Below are positions 1 through 13,864 of a DNA stretch of 64,000 nucleotides, one piece after another. Where the stretch lies: NCBI GenBank assembly GCA_030770535.1, contig JASVEC010000010.1, forward strand, positions 992,001 to 1,056,000. Direction: 5' to 3'. Source of the DNA: Batkoa obscura. Its lineage: Eukaryota. A model generated the notes under the pieces. The model made no database searches, had not been told where the DNA came from, and saw only the letters and a list, made by a program, of their open reading frames with translations. Positions within the stretch are counted from its first letter, which is position 1. Each line of letters begins with the position of its first letter. A program made the position numbers and the translations under genes.

Positions 1-376
1 AAACATCAAGTAAGAATTATAATAAATAAGAATATTATAATACAATAATATACTAATAATTAAATTAAATTAAATTAAATTAAATTAAATTAGGAATTCA
101 GGATTATAATGAACGATTAATGGGATATAAAGATATAATATTAGAGCAATTAAGTCAAGAACAATTAAGTACACTAAAATTTTAATTGAACATTTAAAAA
201 TGATAAGCGAATATTCTGAAGAGAATTTAATGGATGCTAATAATTTAGCTATTGTATTTGGTCCAACTATTGCTCGACCTAAAGATAATAATCTTCATCC
301 TCAATTACAACCTTTATATATGTTAGTGGAATCCCTTATTTTACAATTTGACTGGTTTTTTGATTTGGATGTTTAA
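1..376 (+). CDS. 3' end of RhoGAP-domain protein (partial; intron 10-93, last exon 94-376)
   Basis: Exon after the TAG at 91-93 translates ...EHLKMISEYSEENLMDANNLAIVFGPTIARPK..., the RhoGAP C-terminal NxM-xxNLAIVFGP signature; stop TAA at 374-376. Confidence 0.85.
59..92. repeat. (TAAAT)n microsatellite inside RhoGAP intron
   Basis: About 6 perfect TAAAT units read directly. Confidence 0.85.
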
Positions 377-548
377 TTAACTTACTCTTTTTCTACTTCT
401 TTTTTTATAATGATCTTCTGTTCTTTCTTTTATATAGTTAAAATAATTCTTATTATTTTTATAATTAAATAATAAGGAATAATAAAAAGTTTATTCTTAA
501 TAATATTAAAATAATAATAACTGTTATTTTTTTATATTTTATTAATAT

Positions 549-1521
549 TTAATACAACACACTCACTTTAGTTTTACAAGCAATAAAATTAGGATATTTT
601 TTCGTTAGAAATGGTTGACCATTAAGAATACTAGCAACTCTATGTGCATATGCTGGTCTAGAATACCTCACTCTATACCCTAAATTTACACTTTGGTGTG
701 ATTTTGCTGTAATAAAATAAGCTAAATTTTGATCCAAATAATCCTTTTCTTTCACTACTCCGTTCTTTTTTGGCATAGTTAACTCTTGTATACTTAATTT
801 CAAATTATCTTCATAAATTAATGGAATATTTGTTGTTTTTAAAAATGAATAAACTTCATTAATATTGCTTCTAATTGGAAGATGGCAGACCCATATACTA
901 CTTCCAGAACCTTCATTTTGGCCCAATAGATTTTGATTTTTTTTATTGTTATAAGTGAATTCATCTATAAAATTAAAACTTAATTTATGTCCTGCTAATA
1001 AATTGTTGAGTTTATAATCTAATAAATAAGCTAAACTTTGTTCTTTTGTATGGAGTTTTAAATATACAGTCCCATTAAATGTATAATCTAAATCTCTTGA
1101 AAAATAATCTAAAATAAGAAAAATTATAGTTAGTATTTTCTTTCTTTATTTAATAAGAGATGATACGTAAAATAACTTACATTCTATGTTTTCAAATTCT
1201 TCTTCAGATATACTTCTACTTATCCTAAAGATATCTGAGGGTGTAACTGATAATGGCAAATGTTTTAATTTAATATATTCACTTAATTTTCCATATGTTT
1301 TTTCAACTAAAATAAATATTAGTTATTATATGTCTAATTTTTAAATTCTAATAATAACAAATTAACTTACGTTTTATTAAATCACTTTCAACAATTTTAT
1401 AATTTAAAGAAGTAATTGGTCGATCCCATGATGTAGATGTTAATTTCGTAGTTAATTGACGTGTTATATTGAATTGAAGGTTATGAAATAACCTTGGTCT
1501 AGTAAAGTAATTGAAATTCAT
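549..1521 (-). CDS. Multi-exon RRM-like protein, probably mitochondrial
   Basis: ATG at 1521 gives an R/T/L-rich presequence-like start (MNFNYFTRPRLFHNLQFNITRQLTT); RRM-like starts YIKLKHLPLSVTPSDI and IWVCHLPIRSNINEV; two short introns. Confidence 0.55.
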
Positions 1522-1711
1522 TTTAAAAATACAATATTTTGAGTTTTTTGAAATTCTTTTTTAGTTTACAAATTAGAATTTCAGTTTAATAAATCCCATA
1601 GATTAATAATTGATTCTTGTTTTGATGAAAAATTAGATAATCATCAATCAATCAAAATTTTACTAAGAAATTTAAAACATCATTTATTAAATTCAACTAA
1701 ATTCAATTGAA

Positions 1712-2175
1712 ATGAGAGCCAGCAAATTATTATTTGATGTCATTAAGGTAAACTTAATAATTCCCTCATCAACCCCACTCACACTTTTCCTTTTAGGTTG
1801 GCCGTATGACCAAAGTACCAGTGTATGAGAACTGTGTCCCCAGATTAAAGGAGTTATATCAAACAACATTAACCAAATTAGAAACTTTGCCTAGCGATAG
1901 CTTTTATCGTAAAGCAACTACAGCTATTACCTTAAATCGTTATAATCTTATTCAACAAACAGAAGATCCTCAAGTTATTTTGGAAAAACTAGAAAGATTA
2001 CAAATGGAACAATTAGTATTAGAAGCAGAAGACGAATTAAAATTAATTGATAAAGTCAAAGAAATGAAAATGTAAGTTGTTTTTTAATTAGTTGAGTAAT
2101 TGGTGTTTATTTATTGATACCCTTTTTAGCTGGGAACCACTTACTGAAAAAGCTCCTGTGGATCAATATGAATAA
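1712..2175 (+). CDS. NDUFA5: Complex I accessory subunit NDUFA5 (B13/29.9 kDa family), 3 exons
   Basis: LKELYQTTLTKLETLPSDSFYRKATTAIT...EQLVLEAEDELKLIDKVKEM followed by a terminal exon with WEPL. Confidence 0.85.
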
Positions 2176-2253
2176 ATCAATTTATAAATTTATTTTTATC
2201 AAATAAATATAAACAAAAAAAATACGACGTAATAATCAAACAAAATACAAGAT

Positions 2254-3375
2254 TTATTTATTTTTAAAAAATCCTTCCAAATCTATATTTAATTTAGTTG
2301 TATTTTCAATCATCGGATTGTGTCCACAATGTTCATAAAGAATCATAGTTAATTTTGTATTTAATTTAAATATGTCAGTCACTCTATCACTTAATCCATT
2401 GATAATCAACACTTCCTTATTTTCATATTTCGAATTAAATTCTTGTAATTTCATTTTATATTGATTTTGTTTTAATAAGCTTTGTACTACTTTAGAATAT
2501 GATAAATAATTCCATTTTAATTGTCTTAATTTTAATTTATCTGTGGAGTATTCTGGATGAATAACTCTATTTACTGATTTAGAATAAATACCACCAAACC
2601 GATCTAAAGTACGTAATATAGATAACAAATACCATGGATATTGAATAATCCATGGTGCTGTATGAATTCCTAACACTGGTGATATTAATATCACTTTATT
2701 TAATTCTGTTAACTCTTCAATAACTTTAGATATTACTAAGGTACCAAATGAATGACCTATTAAAATAATATTATTTTGATGTTGTTTTTGATAAAGTGTT
2801 AATATTTCAATCACATCTTTGGATATAGAATCTAAAGAATAATCTTTTTCACTATTTATAACTTAAAGTTAATTTTTAAATAAATTAATAATAACTCTAC
2901 TTACTCCTTCGTCACTTCACTATTACCATGGCCAACTAAATCAATCGCCAATAAATTAAATTCATTATAAAACTCTTCTAATTGATATCTCCAAATCGAA
3001 ACCTAAAAATTTAATCATATCAATAAACAATATCAAACCTATTTAGGATCCTCAATTACCTGTGACCCCAAGCCATGGATAAATACCAACAATGGAGCAT
3101 CTTTCTTTTTTTGACTTGGTATATCAACCACTCTTAACCTCTTCCCTCTTATTTCAATTGTTTTACTATAAGAGGTTAAAAGGCGGCCATCTAATTCTAT
3201 TAATTGATTGTTAGCAACTATTCAAGCTAAAATGAAAAATGGGAAAATGATTACCTTTAATCAACTTTTCTCGATTAAATGCAAACTCAAATTCATGTTT
3301 TACAAGATAGAAGAAGATGGAGGACAATATATATGGAAGGAGTTTGAATAGAGAGTATAAAATAAAAGATAGCAT
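2254..3375 (-). CDS. Alpha/beta hydrolase with hydrophobic N-terminus, multi-exon
   Basis: PLLVFIHGLGS oxyanion motif, DLVGHG, nucleophile elbow GHSFG, C-terminal CGHNPMIE; GT-AG introns. Confidence 0.85.
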
Positions 3376-3883
3376 CTTTTTTTGGAAATAAGGGTAAAAA
3401 ACAATCGCCTTGTTAGCAAAGAAGATTTTTAATGATATAAGAGTTATTTTGAATTTTACTTAGTTCAGAAAAAATTGCGTTAACATTTACAGTACAACTA
3501 AAAAATGGTTCAAAAATTAAAGCATTAAACTAGACATGTTTTTTAAACTAACAATTAAAAAGGTTTTTTTATAGTTGTATTTGACTCCAATATATAAATA
3601 TTTATGTAAAGTAGCATTTTTACAAGCTATGTATTAAGTGAGGTGTTTTAACTTATACCAGAGTCTAAAAATACAACAGTTTTCGAGGGACATAATAAAA
3701 AGTATTAAAATTTAGATTACTTTTTGTCATTAATAATAACTCAAAATATCTTTATTATATAATTAACAAATACATGGTATACTTCATAATAATTTTCAGC
3801 TTAAATAATCCAAATACAACTGTATAATATAAGCCTGTTTTAATATATACATCATAACTTATGAAATTGACAAATAACAATAC

Positions 3884-3978
3884 AAGGATGTTTTTTATAG
3901 TTTTGTTACTTTTTCTATTTTTAGGCACTATTTGAGCAAAAAAGCTATTAGTAAAATTCTTTAAAAAAATATATCCTC
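3884..3978 (+). mobile_element. MITE family A copy (degenerate)
   Basis: AAGGATGT...ATATCCTC with the family core; flanks ATAC/ATAT. Confidence 0.8.
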
Positions 3979-4123
3979 ATATAATATTTATAAAATTGAT
4001 AAATAGTCCAATAAATAAATATACAATTCAGTAAATAAAAACTTACTTTTTTAGCCATATTAAAATAAGCTATGTATTAAGCTTATTATTTTAAAAATAT
4101 AATAAAAAATATTAAAAATACAT

Positions 4124-4218
4124 GAGGATGTTTTTTTGGCTTCATTACTTTTCCCATCTTTTAAGCGTCATTTGAGTAGAAGAATTGTTAATAAAATTCT
4201 TAAACACAATACATCTCT
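4124..4218 (+). mobile_element. MITE family A copy
   Basis: GAGGATGT...ACATCTCT; flanks ACAT/ATAT. Confidence 0.85.
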
Positions 4219-4433
4219 ATATTTTATCAAATTTGTTAAAAACTTCCGACTACCTAACTAAATAGCTAAATTTAATTGTTTAACTTATAACTATTAAAAT
4301 CGGAATAAATATTTTAAAATTGTATTAAAAAAGTTAAATTAATATTTACGAAAATTATTATTAGATTTATTTAAATTTACATTAAGTTTTATAAAATAAA
4401 AGCATCTTTAGTTATTTAATAAATTTTCATTAT

Positions 4434-4526
4434 GGAGATGTGTTTTGTAAGAATTTTACTAACAATCTTTGCACTAAAATAGCGCTCAAAAAATGGAAAA
4501 GTAATGAAATCAGGAAAAACTTCCTC
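4434..4526 (-). mobile_element. MITE family A copy
   Basis: GGAGATGT...ACTTCCTC; TSD TTAT/TTAT. Confidence 0.85.
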
Positions 4527-4794
4527 TTATATAAGTTTTTACATCAAAATAAGTGTTTAAACTTAAAATAATAAAACTCTAAACTTTAATTTATAACTTT
4601 TTACTGATTAATGCTATAAGGTTCTGATTTAATTTATTTACTTTTTAACTGCACTATATAGCAGAATTTTGCTTATTACCCTGTGTTAAAAATGCATTTA
4701 TTTACGTCACAGAACAATGCCTATAAAAAACATTTTTTGAATTTTAAAAGTTATTTTTCAGAACTGTGGATTTTTCAATTTACTTTTATAATAA

Positions 4795-5700
4795 AAATGA
4801 TTATTATGAACACTTGAGTCCCTATTTATCTGAAGAAGCTTTAAAAGCTATTGAAGGAAATAATGTGGATTGTTTCGAATTGTGTAGGAGTAAAAATGAG
4901 GGCATTAGCGATAGATTTAATTTGGAACAGGAACAGGGAAGATAAGATTCCTTTAACTTTAATAAAGGGGGTGATAAGAATTATCTAAGGCTTGGTCGGA
5001 GTAATCACAAAGGAAGCGTAAATAAGTTAATAAAGGATAAGCTGGTTAAAGGAAATCCAGAAAGAATTAAAACTAAGAAAAACGTGGAGGGTCCTTTTAA
5101 TTTTGGTCAGGGTAGAGGCAAAAGGTGAGTAAATAGGCTCAATACTAAGAAAAATGGTATTAATCAAATTAGGTTTATAAAGAATTGAAAATACGTGAAG
5201 ATTTTCAAAGGAATAACAAGAATTCTCATAAGTTTAATCGAAACATTAATGGATATATAGAAGAATATGATAACTATAATCAGATTAATAAGCAAAAAGA
5301 AAACGGTTATAGTAAATTCAACCAAAATGGTATTATGAAAAAATGTGGTATATTTATTGGTAGTATAAAAGTTATTCCAAAGAAAGTAAGTGCTAATTCT
5401 ATCCTTTGTAGCTTTAGTTTATCTTTTTATATAGAAAGAAACATCAATTCGATTTAATTCTATTAAGAATGACTTTGATTATAATGAATTTGATAGAGTT
5501 GAGATAAAATTAAGGAAGTTAGATGATGTCAAATACTCGGATGGGAAAAACGCTAGTATTAGTAATAGATTACATGTTGTAAGTGCTAAAGTAAGCATAA
5601 TTAGTTCATCATTGAATTTATCAACAACTTGAATTTGGGAAACTATTGCAAACCAATATCAGTATATTTACAATAGTGTCTAAATAAAATCAAAAGAATA
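4795..5700 (+). pseudogene. Decayed coding sequence, possibly the N-terminal part of the downstream methyltransferase pseudogene
   Basis: Long purine-rich codon-like stretch (YEHLSPYLSEEALKAIEGNNVDCFELC...GIFIGSIKV) broken by several stops and frameshifts; family not recognised. Confidence 0.35.
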
Positions 5701-5939
5701 TAAATCCTGTGGTCATATCTCCAGAAACAAAAAATGGATTGACTCATATAGATAACAAGTTTAATGGTTTAGATAGAAGCTTTTAAGAAAAAGTGAGTTC
5801 AGTACAATAGTTACATAACTTATATTGAGTTGCGTTGAATAGAATATGAAGAAATGTAAAAAAGAGCTCTTATATTTTATAATCATAATCACTAGTTGAA
5901 TTTTATGGCTTAATTTTATCATTGTACGACTAAGTTTAA

Positions 5940-7310
5940 AGGATCAAAACAAATATAAATACTATAAGAGTAATAAATTAGATACTTTAGCCTGGGATAT
6001 AGATAGGTAGGTAAGCTTTATTTGTTAAACATTCAGTTTATTAAATTCTATTTTAGAATGAATTGAATTGTATAAATGGAGCAAAGACAAGGTGAATTGT
6101 TGAATTGTTGAAAGCGAATGGTTTAATTTTATTATTATTGATTCATAAATTAACATAGAACGAGAATAACTTTAATACGAAGATAAGTTGTAAAATATTT
6201 TATTTATACAACTTTGAATTCTGGAATAGTGATAATAAAGTTACCAACCTAAGTAGTGGAGCACTTGATAGAATTCAATTTACAGGCTCTTTAAATCAAG
6301 AAGATACAAAGGCAAATAGCTTGTCGATCTAAACGGACTAATAATAGATAAACCAGTTGATTTAGAATTTAAAAGTTAATTATAAAGTTACTGAATCCAT
6401 TCTCAATCGAGCTTTTATGTATTAATTCAATCGTTAAACTAAAATGATCGTTGAGTAATGTTATAAACTTTTAGTGAAAGGTTTCAAGTATTTTATGATG
6501 AATTTATATGAGGAGTTCGATTGATAAATGGTTTAACATAAATTATTATTATTTTACTTACAATTGTTATTTATTTATCTATTTTGTTTAGTTGTTGGCT
6601 AAAACAAGGCAATCACATCATTTTTTGATGATTTAAATTGTAAACTTTTGATGCTTTTTTAATATTATATGGGATGTATCTTTGTGTTTAAGAATTTTAC
6701 TAACAATTTTTCCACTCAATGGTACTTAAAAGATGGTAAAAATAATGAAACTTTTGCAAGTTTAATAGAACAATAGAATGTTAATAATATATGTTAACAA
6801 TTGATTATTTAGGGTGAGTTACCAATTCTTTAAAGATTTGATGGATGAAAAATAAGCTTCCAAGAAATTATAAAAGAGTTGAATCAAATACAATTACAAC
6901 TAATATTCATCCAATGGCTAGAATAATTAGTATATTTTTATATGAAATAGCAAATATTTATTGTTAGTGTAATCCTATACATTTTCACGAACTTGGAGTT
7001 TTGTCTGTTAGAGAATGTGCTCGTGTCCAAGGTAATTTCATCTAATACATCACTACTAGTAAGTATAACTTTGAGTTTAGGCCTTTTAGATCAATATGGG
7101 TTCTGTAGTACTATTAAAGATCAATATATGTTAATAGGTAATTAAAGTATTTATTCAAATCCTCTTTTATTTAGTATGAGTAGGTAATGCGGCGCCCCGT
7201 CGCATTGCTTTTGCTTTTGGGCTTGAAAATTAACAGGGTTTTTAACAAATTCAAAAAGAGGATGAAAAAACTGAAGTTCAAAAACAAAATTAATCAATCG
7301 GAATTCTAAG
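5940..7310 (+). pseudogene. C5 cytosine DNA methyltransferase pseudogene (DNMT1/DIM-2-like catalytic domain)
   Basis: Segments at ~6842-6930, 6968-7031, 7081-7137 and 7184-7233 give YKRVESNTITTNIHPMAR...CNPIHFHELGVLSVRECARVQGLLDQYGFCSTIKDQYMLIGNAAPRRIAFAFGLE, matching DNMT motifs IX-X; upstream region is full of stops and carries a MITE at 6671; 5' boundary approximate. Confidence 0.8.
6671..6751 (-). mobile_element. MITE family A copy, truncated, inside DNMT pseudogene
   Basis: GGGATGTATCTTTGTGTTTAAGAATTTTACTAAC...; second TIR missing. Confidence 0.8.
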
Positions 7311-7551
7311 TTTATAGATTCGCCTTTACCAAAACTAATAAATATATCTTAATTAAAGTAAAATTCGAGATCCAAGTTAAACAAAGCTACATAAAGTTTG
7401 ATATGAATCTACCAATTGGATTTGAAAACTTCATTAAACATATTTATATTAGAATACATAATAGTAATTTAAATGAGGAATACAAAATTATTTACAAAAA
7501 TGATAAAATAGGTATTAAAAGTTTGATTTATAATAAAATAATCTATTAAAT

Positions 7552-7649
7552 GGGGATGTATTTTTGTATTTAAGAATTTTACTAACAATTTTTCCACGCA
7601 AGTAGCACTTAAAAGATGGAAAAAGTAATGAAGCCAAAAAAACATTCCC
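7552..7649 (-). mobile_element. MITE family A copy
   Basis: GGGGATGT...ACATTCCC; TSD AAAT/AAAT. Confidence 0.9.
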
Positions 7650-7895
7650 AAATTGTATAAATTGATGTCAAAGTAATTAAAAATATATGAACATGTGAGT
7701 TGATTCCCGTTCCTCCGGCTGTACTAACATTTAATTTATCTAACGAGTTGTATCAATAGCGCTTATTTATTCTACAATAAAAGTTAAATCGTAGTAATTT
7801 TATTCATTATTCAAATCTTAATTATAAAACTCAAATGTAAAAAATGGTAACATGAAGATAGATTACAAATCAATTTATTTTTCTATTTGATTAAT

Positions 7896-10800
7896 TTAGA
7901 GATTAACCAAAGCAGCACTAGGTTCCCCAGGTAAAGAAGTTTGAGCAGCATTAGGTAAGTTTTCAAAGTAAGCAGCATCTGGATGATTAGGTAAAACAAC
8001 AATTTGAAGTTCTTGATAACCTAAATTTCTTTTAATATAACTTTCATTTCTCCTAATTGTATTCTCTTCATCAAAAGTTAAAGCTCTATTAAAAGCATTC
8101 GAACCATTAGCAATAACTCTCTTTTTAATTTCATTAACGAAAGGCATCACTTTTTTATCTGCCATTAATTTAGCTTCAGTTAAAGCCTGTCTTAAAGCAA
8201 CATCATCAAATGTTTTCGTTGATTCATTATAATATTGTTTTTGTATACCAATAACTTTTTCTTGCCAATCAGGGAAAGTAGAAGCAATATATAGAGTTAA
8301 AGATTTTGGTTTACTTGGATCAAAGGCAACAGCTGCTTTTCCTTTCTTTCCTTTCTTTTGTGAAGTAATTTCTTGATCTCTTACTTTCTTAATTGTTTTA
8401 CGTAAATATTCAGCAGATTTCAAAACGCTATCATCAATAGGGGTGCTGATTTGTGGCCATGAAGCAAGTTGAATAGATTCTTCTTTTTTAAGAATGGTAC
8501 CCCATAAATGTTCACAATAATGGGGAGCAAATGGAGCAATTAAAAGTGCTTGTACTTCAATAAATCGCATAACAAGATCATAATGCATACCTTCTTCAAT
8601 TGAAGCCTCTCTATAAATATCTCTAGCAATTTGTAATTCATAATAGCCATTCTTCAAAGCTTCTCTAAATGACATACTTTCATAAGCAGCTTCGGTTAAT
8701 TGAATTAATTGATTCATTTCATTTTCGAATACAGTATCATGGAATGAGTCCTTTGGTCCTTTTCTTAAGTTTTCTGGCTTAGCCAATACTTCTTCAATCC
8801 ATTCTAACAAAGTGTATAAACGTAAAATAGCAGTGTCAGCTGTCTTTTCATCAAAATTGGCATCTTCAATTGAATCGCCAGCATCAGCTAATGCAATACG
8901 TGTAGCATCAGCACCATATTTACTTACAGAATCACTTACTGTCATGAAATTACCAGTACTTTTAGACATCTTATCTCCATTAAGAAGCAAATGACCATTA
9001 GCTCTAAAAGCTTGTGGCCATTTTTCTTCTTTAAATAAAGCAACATGATTATAAATACAGAAAGTTAAATGGTTTGGAATAAGATCTTTCCCAGATACAC
9101 GAAGATCAAGTGGATAAAAATAATCTAAAGAAGATTTGAGAAGATCTAATTTTTCTATAGAAATAGAAGAAGATTGGGGTTTTGGTCCATCTAAAAGAAT
9201 ATAATCCCAAACTTCATCCGTCATTTGATTTACAGTAATTTGTAACTCATTTGGTTTAGAAGAATCTAAAGTATTACCTTGTAAATAATGAGCAATTGTA
9301 TAATAAGCCATATAAATAGTAGAATCGGATAAAGACTCAATTAAAAAGGATTCATCCCAAGGTACTTTAGATCCTAAACCATAAGAACGAGCACAAGCCC
9401 ATTGATTTAACCAATTTAAAGTGGATTCAAAGCTATGTCTTGCTTCTTCACCATGTGTATTTAATTGAGATAAACATTTTTTAGCCTGTTCTAACCATTT
9501 TTCTTCTCCATAATCTAAATACCATTGATCACAAAGTGCAACTACACAATCATCTCCAGAACGAGACACTACATTCTTTTCTGGTTCACAATAGTTAAAT
9601 CCAAGTTTCTGTTCAATTAATAATTGTTTGACTAATGGTTTAGCTTCTTGTACTGTTTTACCACTGTACTCCCCAATAATCATAATACCATTATAAAATC
9701 CTTCTTTATAAGCAATTTCTTTAGCTTTAGCTAAAGAATCACGATCCTTTTGAGACACAATTTTAAGTTCAGCACATACAGCAGGAGCAGTAAGATCACC
9801 ATATTGTTCAGTTTTAATTACTGGAATTGGAGCAAAAGGCTCAATCCATTCTGTTTGAATTTTATAGTAAGCTGCTTTTTTAATAAGATCTTGTACTGTA
9901 ATATAATCATCTGGAGAATCACTTGGAACGGAAGTAACGATACCAGTACCTTTATTAGCTAATACATTTTCCATTGGGAGTACATAAACTTGCTCATGTT
10001 TTGATAATGGTGCATTAACTTTACATCCAACAAGATCACTACCAATAAAATCTGCTAATTTAGGGAATTCTCCTTTAACTTTGGTTAATCCTTGGAAGGC
10101 CATATTTCTAGCTGCACGTTCAGTAATTATATAAACTTCATCATCTTTGAATTCATAAGCTCCATATTTAAGATTAACACCAACAAAACAATTAGTTTGC
10201 CCATACATAGTTTCTGGGCGTAAAGTAGCTGCTACTAAAAATATTTTTTTACCAGCTAACTTTGGTTCAGCTTCAACTATTTTTTTACTAGCTTCGGTCC
10301 ATTTGGTTACTTGAATTTTGATAGCTGTATATTCTTGTGGTCCTACACCTTCACCAGAAGAACGATCATGATCCATGCAAGGCTGTCCATCAAGTGGTGA
10401 AAAGATAGTGTATCTTTCACCGAATTTAATCTTTTCAATGGACTTCAATTTGTTAAATTGCCAACGCGCAAAAGAATCATAAAATGGATTAGCATCGGTG
10501 GTAACGAATGAACGACGCCAGTCAACTCTACAACCTAAAGACTTAACATCTCCCTAAAAATAAGAAAACAATTAAAGAATGTTATAATATTAAAGAATTA
10601 TAGTTACAATGGCATGTGGAGGAAAATAAGTTAACCAATGCATAGGATCAGCAAATTTGGCAATTTCTTGAGTTGGTACACCAAGGGATTGCATAATTTG
10701 AAATTGGTATGTAGCCCCAGTGGATTTAGCAGCTACTTTTCCAGGCTATTTAAGGTTAATTTATTTATTTTCCTATTAAGTATCAATTCAATTACTTTTT

Positions 10801-11340
10801 TTGGACTATCTTTAGCTTCAGTAACTTCCAAGTTTTCTAAAGACTCTGTGACTAGGATCATTAATAAATATTACTAATAAAATTTCTAAAAATACCTTTT
10901 GGAAGTTCAAAATTAGTGCCAAACATTTCAATTTCTCTAGCTAATTTATCAGCGCAAGCCTATTAAAAGATATAAGCTTTACTTCCTTAACCTACATTTT
11001 CTCTACTTACCTTAATTGGCATACCAGTGCAATGTAAACCAAAAGGGAATAAACACTCTTTACCTTGAAGACGTTGATAACCCATAGCGAATTCCACTTT
11101 AGTAAAAGTAAAGGCATGACCCAAATGAAGACGACCATTCATATAAGGATAAGGGAAAGTAGCAAAAAACTTTTTTTTACCAGGTTTCACTTCAGCTTCA
11201 AATAATTTTTCTTTAGACCATCGAGATTGGGCTGGTTCCTCTAAGCTACGAAGGAAATCGCGCTTACGAAACTAAAAAGGGGTTAGAAGGGTGAGAGATC
11301 AAAGGAATAAAATTACCTCTTTTTGTACACTTGCTGCCAT
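7896..11340 (-). CDS. CDC60: Cytoplasmic leucyl-tRNA synthetase (multi-exon)
   Basis: [14 protein letters not shown] (HIGH), KMSKS, editing-domain [18 protein letters not shown] at 11340, four short introns in the 5' part. Confidence 0.97.
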
Positions 11341-12169
11341 TTTTCGATTTTTTATAAACAAGGTTTTAATGGATTTTGATACTTTCCTTATATTCTTGAA
11401 ATCAAAGGGATTGGTTAAAATGATTGGCTAATTGAATAGAATTAAAAGATTAGTCATACTTATTTTTTATAATTAAAATAAATATTCGCAAAAAAAAAGT
11501 ATCAGTGTTATCTATATAGCAATATTGAACGAGATTTCGAACTTATAAAATCGAAAATTCTAAATTTGTTAGAAGGTTATCTCAATCACGCTATAACTTG
11601 TGGAGTCACACTTAAAATATCGAATAGGGGTATTATAAAATATAGTAATTTCGATCTTGGCATTATACTTATTGTCAATGTATAGACTTACCAACATCAC
11701 ATCTTAAGAGCAGTTATTAAACATTGGGATGATGATAATAATAAGTACATCCAAGAACTATATTTTAGATATTATATCGATTAAACAAAATTAGTTCTAG
11801 CCACAGAGAACAGGGTCGAAGGATATAATTTACAAGTAATGATTTAGCTTTAAAATATTATTGTAAAAAAAACCTCACAAGGATCAAGAATGGTCCATTC
11901 CCTGGGCAACATGTTCTATAGTTTCAAATGTAGATAAGCTATTTATTAGCTCTCTTATAGGTTTAGGTTTAGTTGGCGGTGCTCTCAAATTTGTTTAATC
12001 GGTCAACTCCCTCCTATCCTACTACCTGAATTTATTTGCTTTGCCTATCTTTTTAAAATCGAATAAGCTATTTATGGATTTAAAAGATGAAAATATTCAT
12101 TGAGTTATAAGCTATTAATGTATTTATTTTTAATAAAATATTATATTATAATATAACGAATAACCATAT

Positions 12170-12267
12170 AGGGATGTTTTTTTGGCTTCATTACTTTTCC
12201 CATCCTTTAAGCACTATTTGAGCGGAATAATTATTAGTAAAATTCTTAAACATAAAAATACATCCTC
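12170..12267 (+). mobile_element. MITE family A copy
   Basis: AGGGATGT...ACATCCTC; TSD ATAT/ATAT. Confidence 0.9.
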
Positions 12268-12695
12268 ATATTGTTTATTATATAGTATATTTCCATATTA
12301 TTTTTGAAAAGAGAGCATGATTTCTGATTGTAGCGTTCTAAGGACTTTAAAAGTAAAGTTTATAGATAAATAAGGATTACATTAAAATTATATGAACTTT
12401 TTTGCAAGTTAAGGCATTAAAGGGGTTAACTTAATCCAACATAACAGTTTATTAATAATATAGTTTATTTATAAAAGAAAACCTTAAAAAGGCTATTTAT
12501 TTTACCTATTATGCTTTTCAAACCTAAACATATAATAAAAAATATTAAACAAATCTAGTACAGTTTAAAGACAAATTGTGGTTAAAAATTCTCTTTCTAT
12601 ATTACTGATTCAAATTAATTAAATCATTCCTTAAATTCGTAAAAATGCTCTAATGATTTTTTTTTACTTTATAATTAACTCCATTTATTGAAAAA

Positions 12696-13273
12696 TTACA
12701 AATGTTTTTCTAAAGTGGAATGAATATCATACATATTACTAGAAAAGTCAGGATCTAAAAAAGCAATTAATTCAAATCATCTATTCAACCAAAAAATTAT
12801 TTACCATTTAAGAAATCTTCAAAATCAATGGTTTCGTCTTTACCATCAAATACATCTAAGGCGATATTACTGTATTTTGATAATGGATTATGATGCAACT
12901 AAAAATTCCATTAATAATGCTCTTTATTTTAAATAATAGATTTACTTTTGATAATATATCTCTTTCCATCAATGTACGCAATGGTGCGTGTAGCCCATAA
13001 ACTTTACGGTGTAATTGATTTTTCATATTCATTTCGGTTTCTCCCCACTAAGTTTTAAAATGATAAGCATTATTCTGCATTTTTATCTGAAACAATCTTT
13101 ACCTGAGCCAAACGTTGTTCTAATGGGTGATTAGATACTAATTCGTTAGCAATGGAACGCATGCCAAATCGAAGGGTATCATGGACACCAAATTCATTAC
13201 AAGTGGATGCAAGTGATTTTTCATTCATTATTAAGTCTTGTTGACTGTCATGGTTTAAACTTAATGTATTCAT
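12696..13273 (-). CDS. UMP1: Proteasome maturation factor UMP1/POMP (4 exons)
   Basis: GVHDTLRFG...NHPLEQRLAQW...RKVYGLHAPLRTLMER...DVFDGKDETIDFEDFL. Confidence 0.9.
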
Positions 13274-13864
13274 TTTAGAAAATTAAAAGGTTAAAGTTAC
13301 TGTTGCTAGGTTTTTAGTTTGCTTGGATTTTGAACGTCATCAAGGTTTTTTGCAGCTTGGACTTATTGAAAATGTTTTGCAGCTCTTTTAGGCTGGATTT
13401 TTGACTATGAAAATTAGATTTAATTTTAATATGACCATTGAATAGTATTATAGCATGATATATTTGATTTTATTATATTGGAAAGATTTTTTATATATAA
13501 ATTAGAAGCTTATATTACATGGTACTGAAGCGTGATATCTGTCAAGGTTTTTAGTTTAAAAAATAAAATAATAATTTCATTAAAAGATAAATTAATAAAA
13601 TCCATATCCATCTAATTAAGGCTATTATTAAGATTGATTTACTAGTAAAGCTGTGTTTTTAATTCAATAAATTTTAACATATTGAAAATACAATTATATT
13701 TTTATATTGCTTTATCTACTTTGAATATTTTAACTATAAATTGTTTTTAGACTATATTAAAATCACAACTATTTTTTTACCAAAATCTATTACTATGATT
13801 TTGCAATAAATTTAGATTCGAAGTTAAAAATTTGAACTCAAATCTTTGATCCATTTAATAACCA

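Noticed and set aside
7469..7651. Short ORFs 7469-7651, 23961-24167 and 50030-50233
   Set aside because: They are largely translations of MITE copies and AT-rich flank
8812..10877. Plus-strand ORFs 8812-8994, 9750-9962 and 10638-10877
   Set aside because: Antisense shadows of LeuRS. The same applies to 38685, 40471, 42715, 47422, 52622, 58348, 59290 and 62357 relative to their host genes
11500..12060. Less AT-rich stretch upstream of LeuRS as a gene or retroelement relic
   Set aside because: No open frame or recognisable motif on either strand
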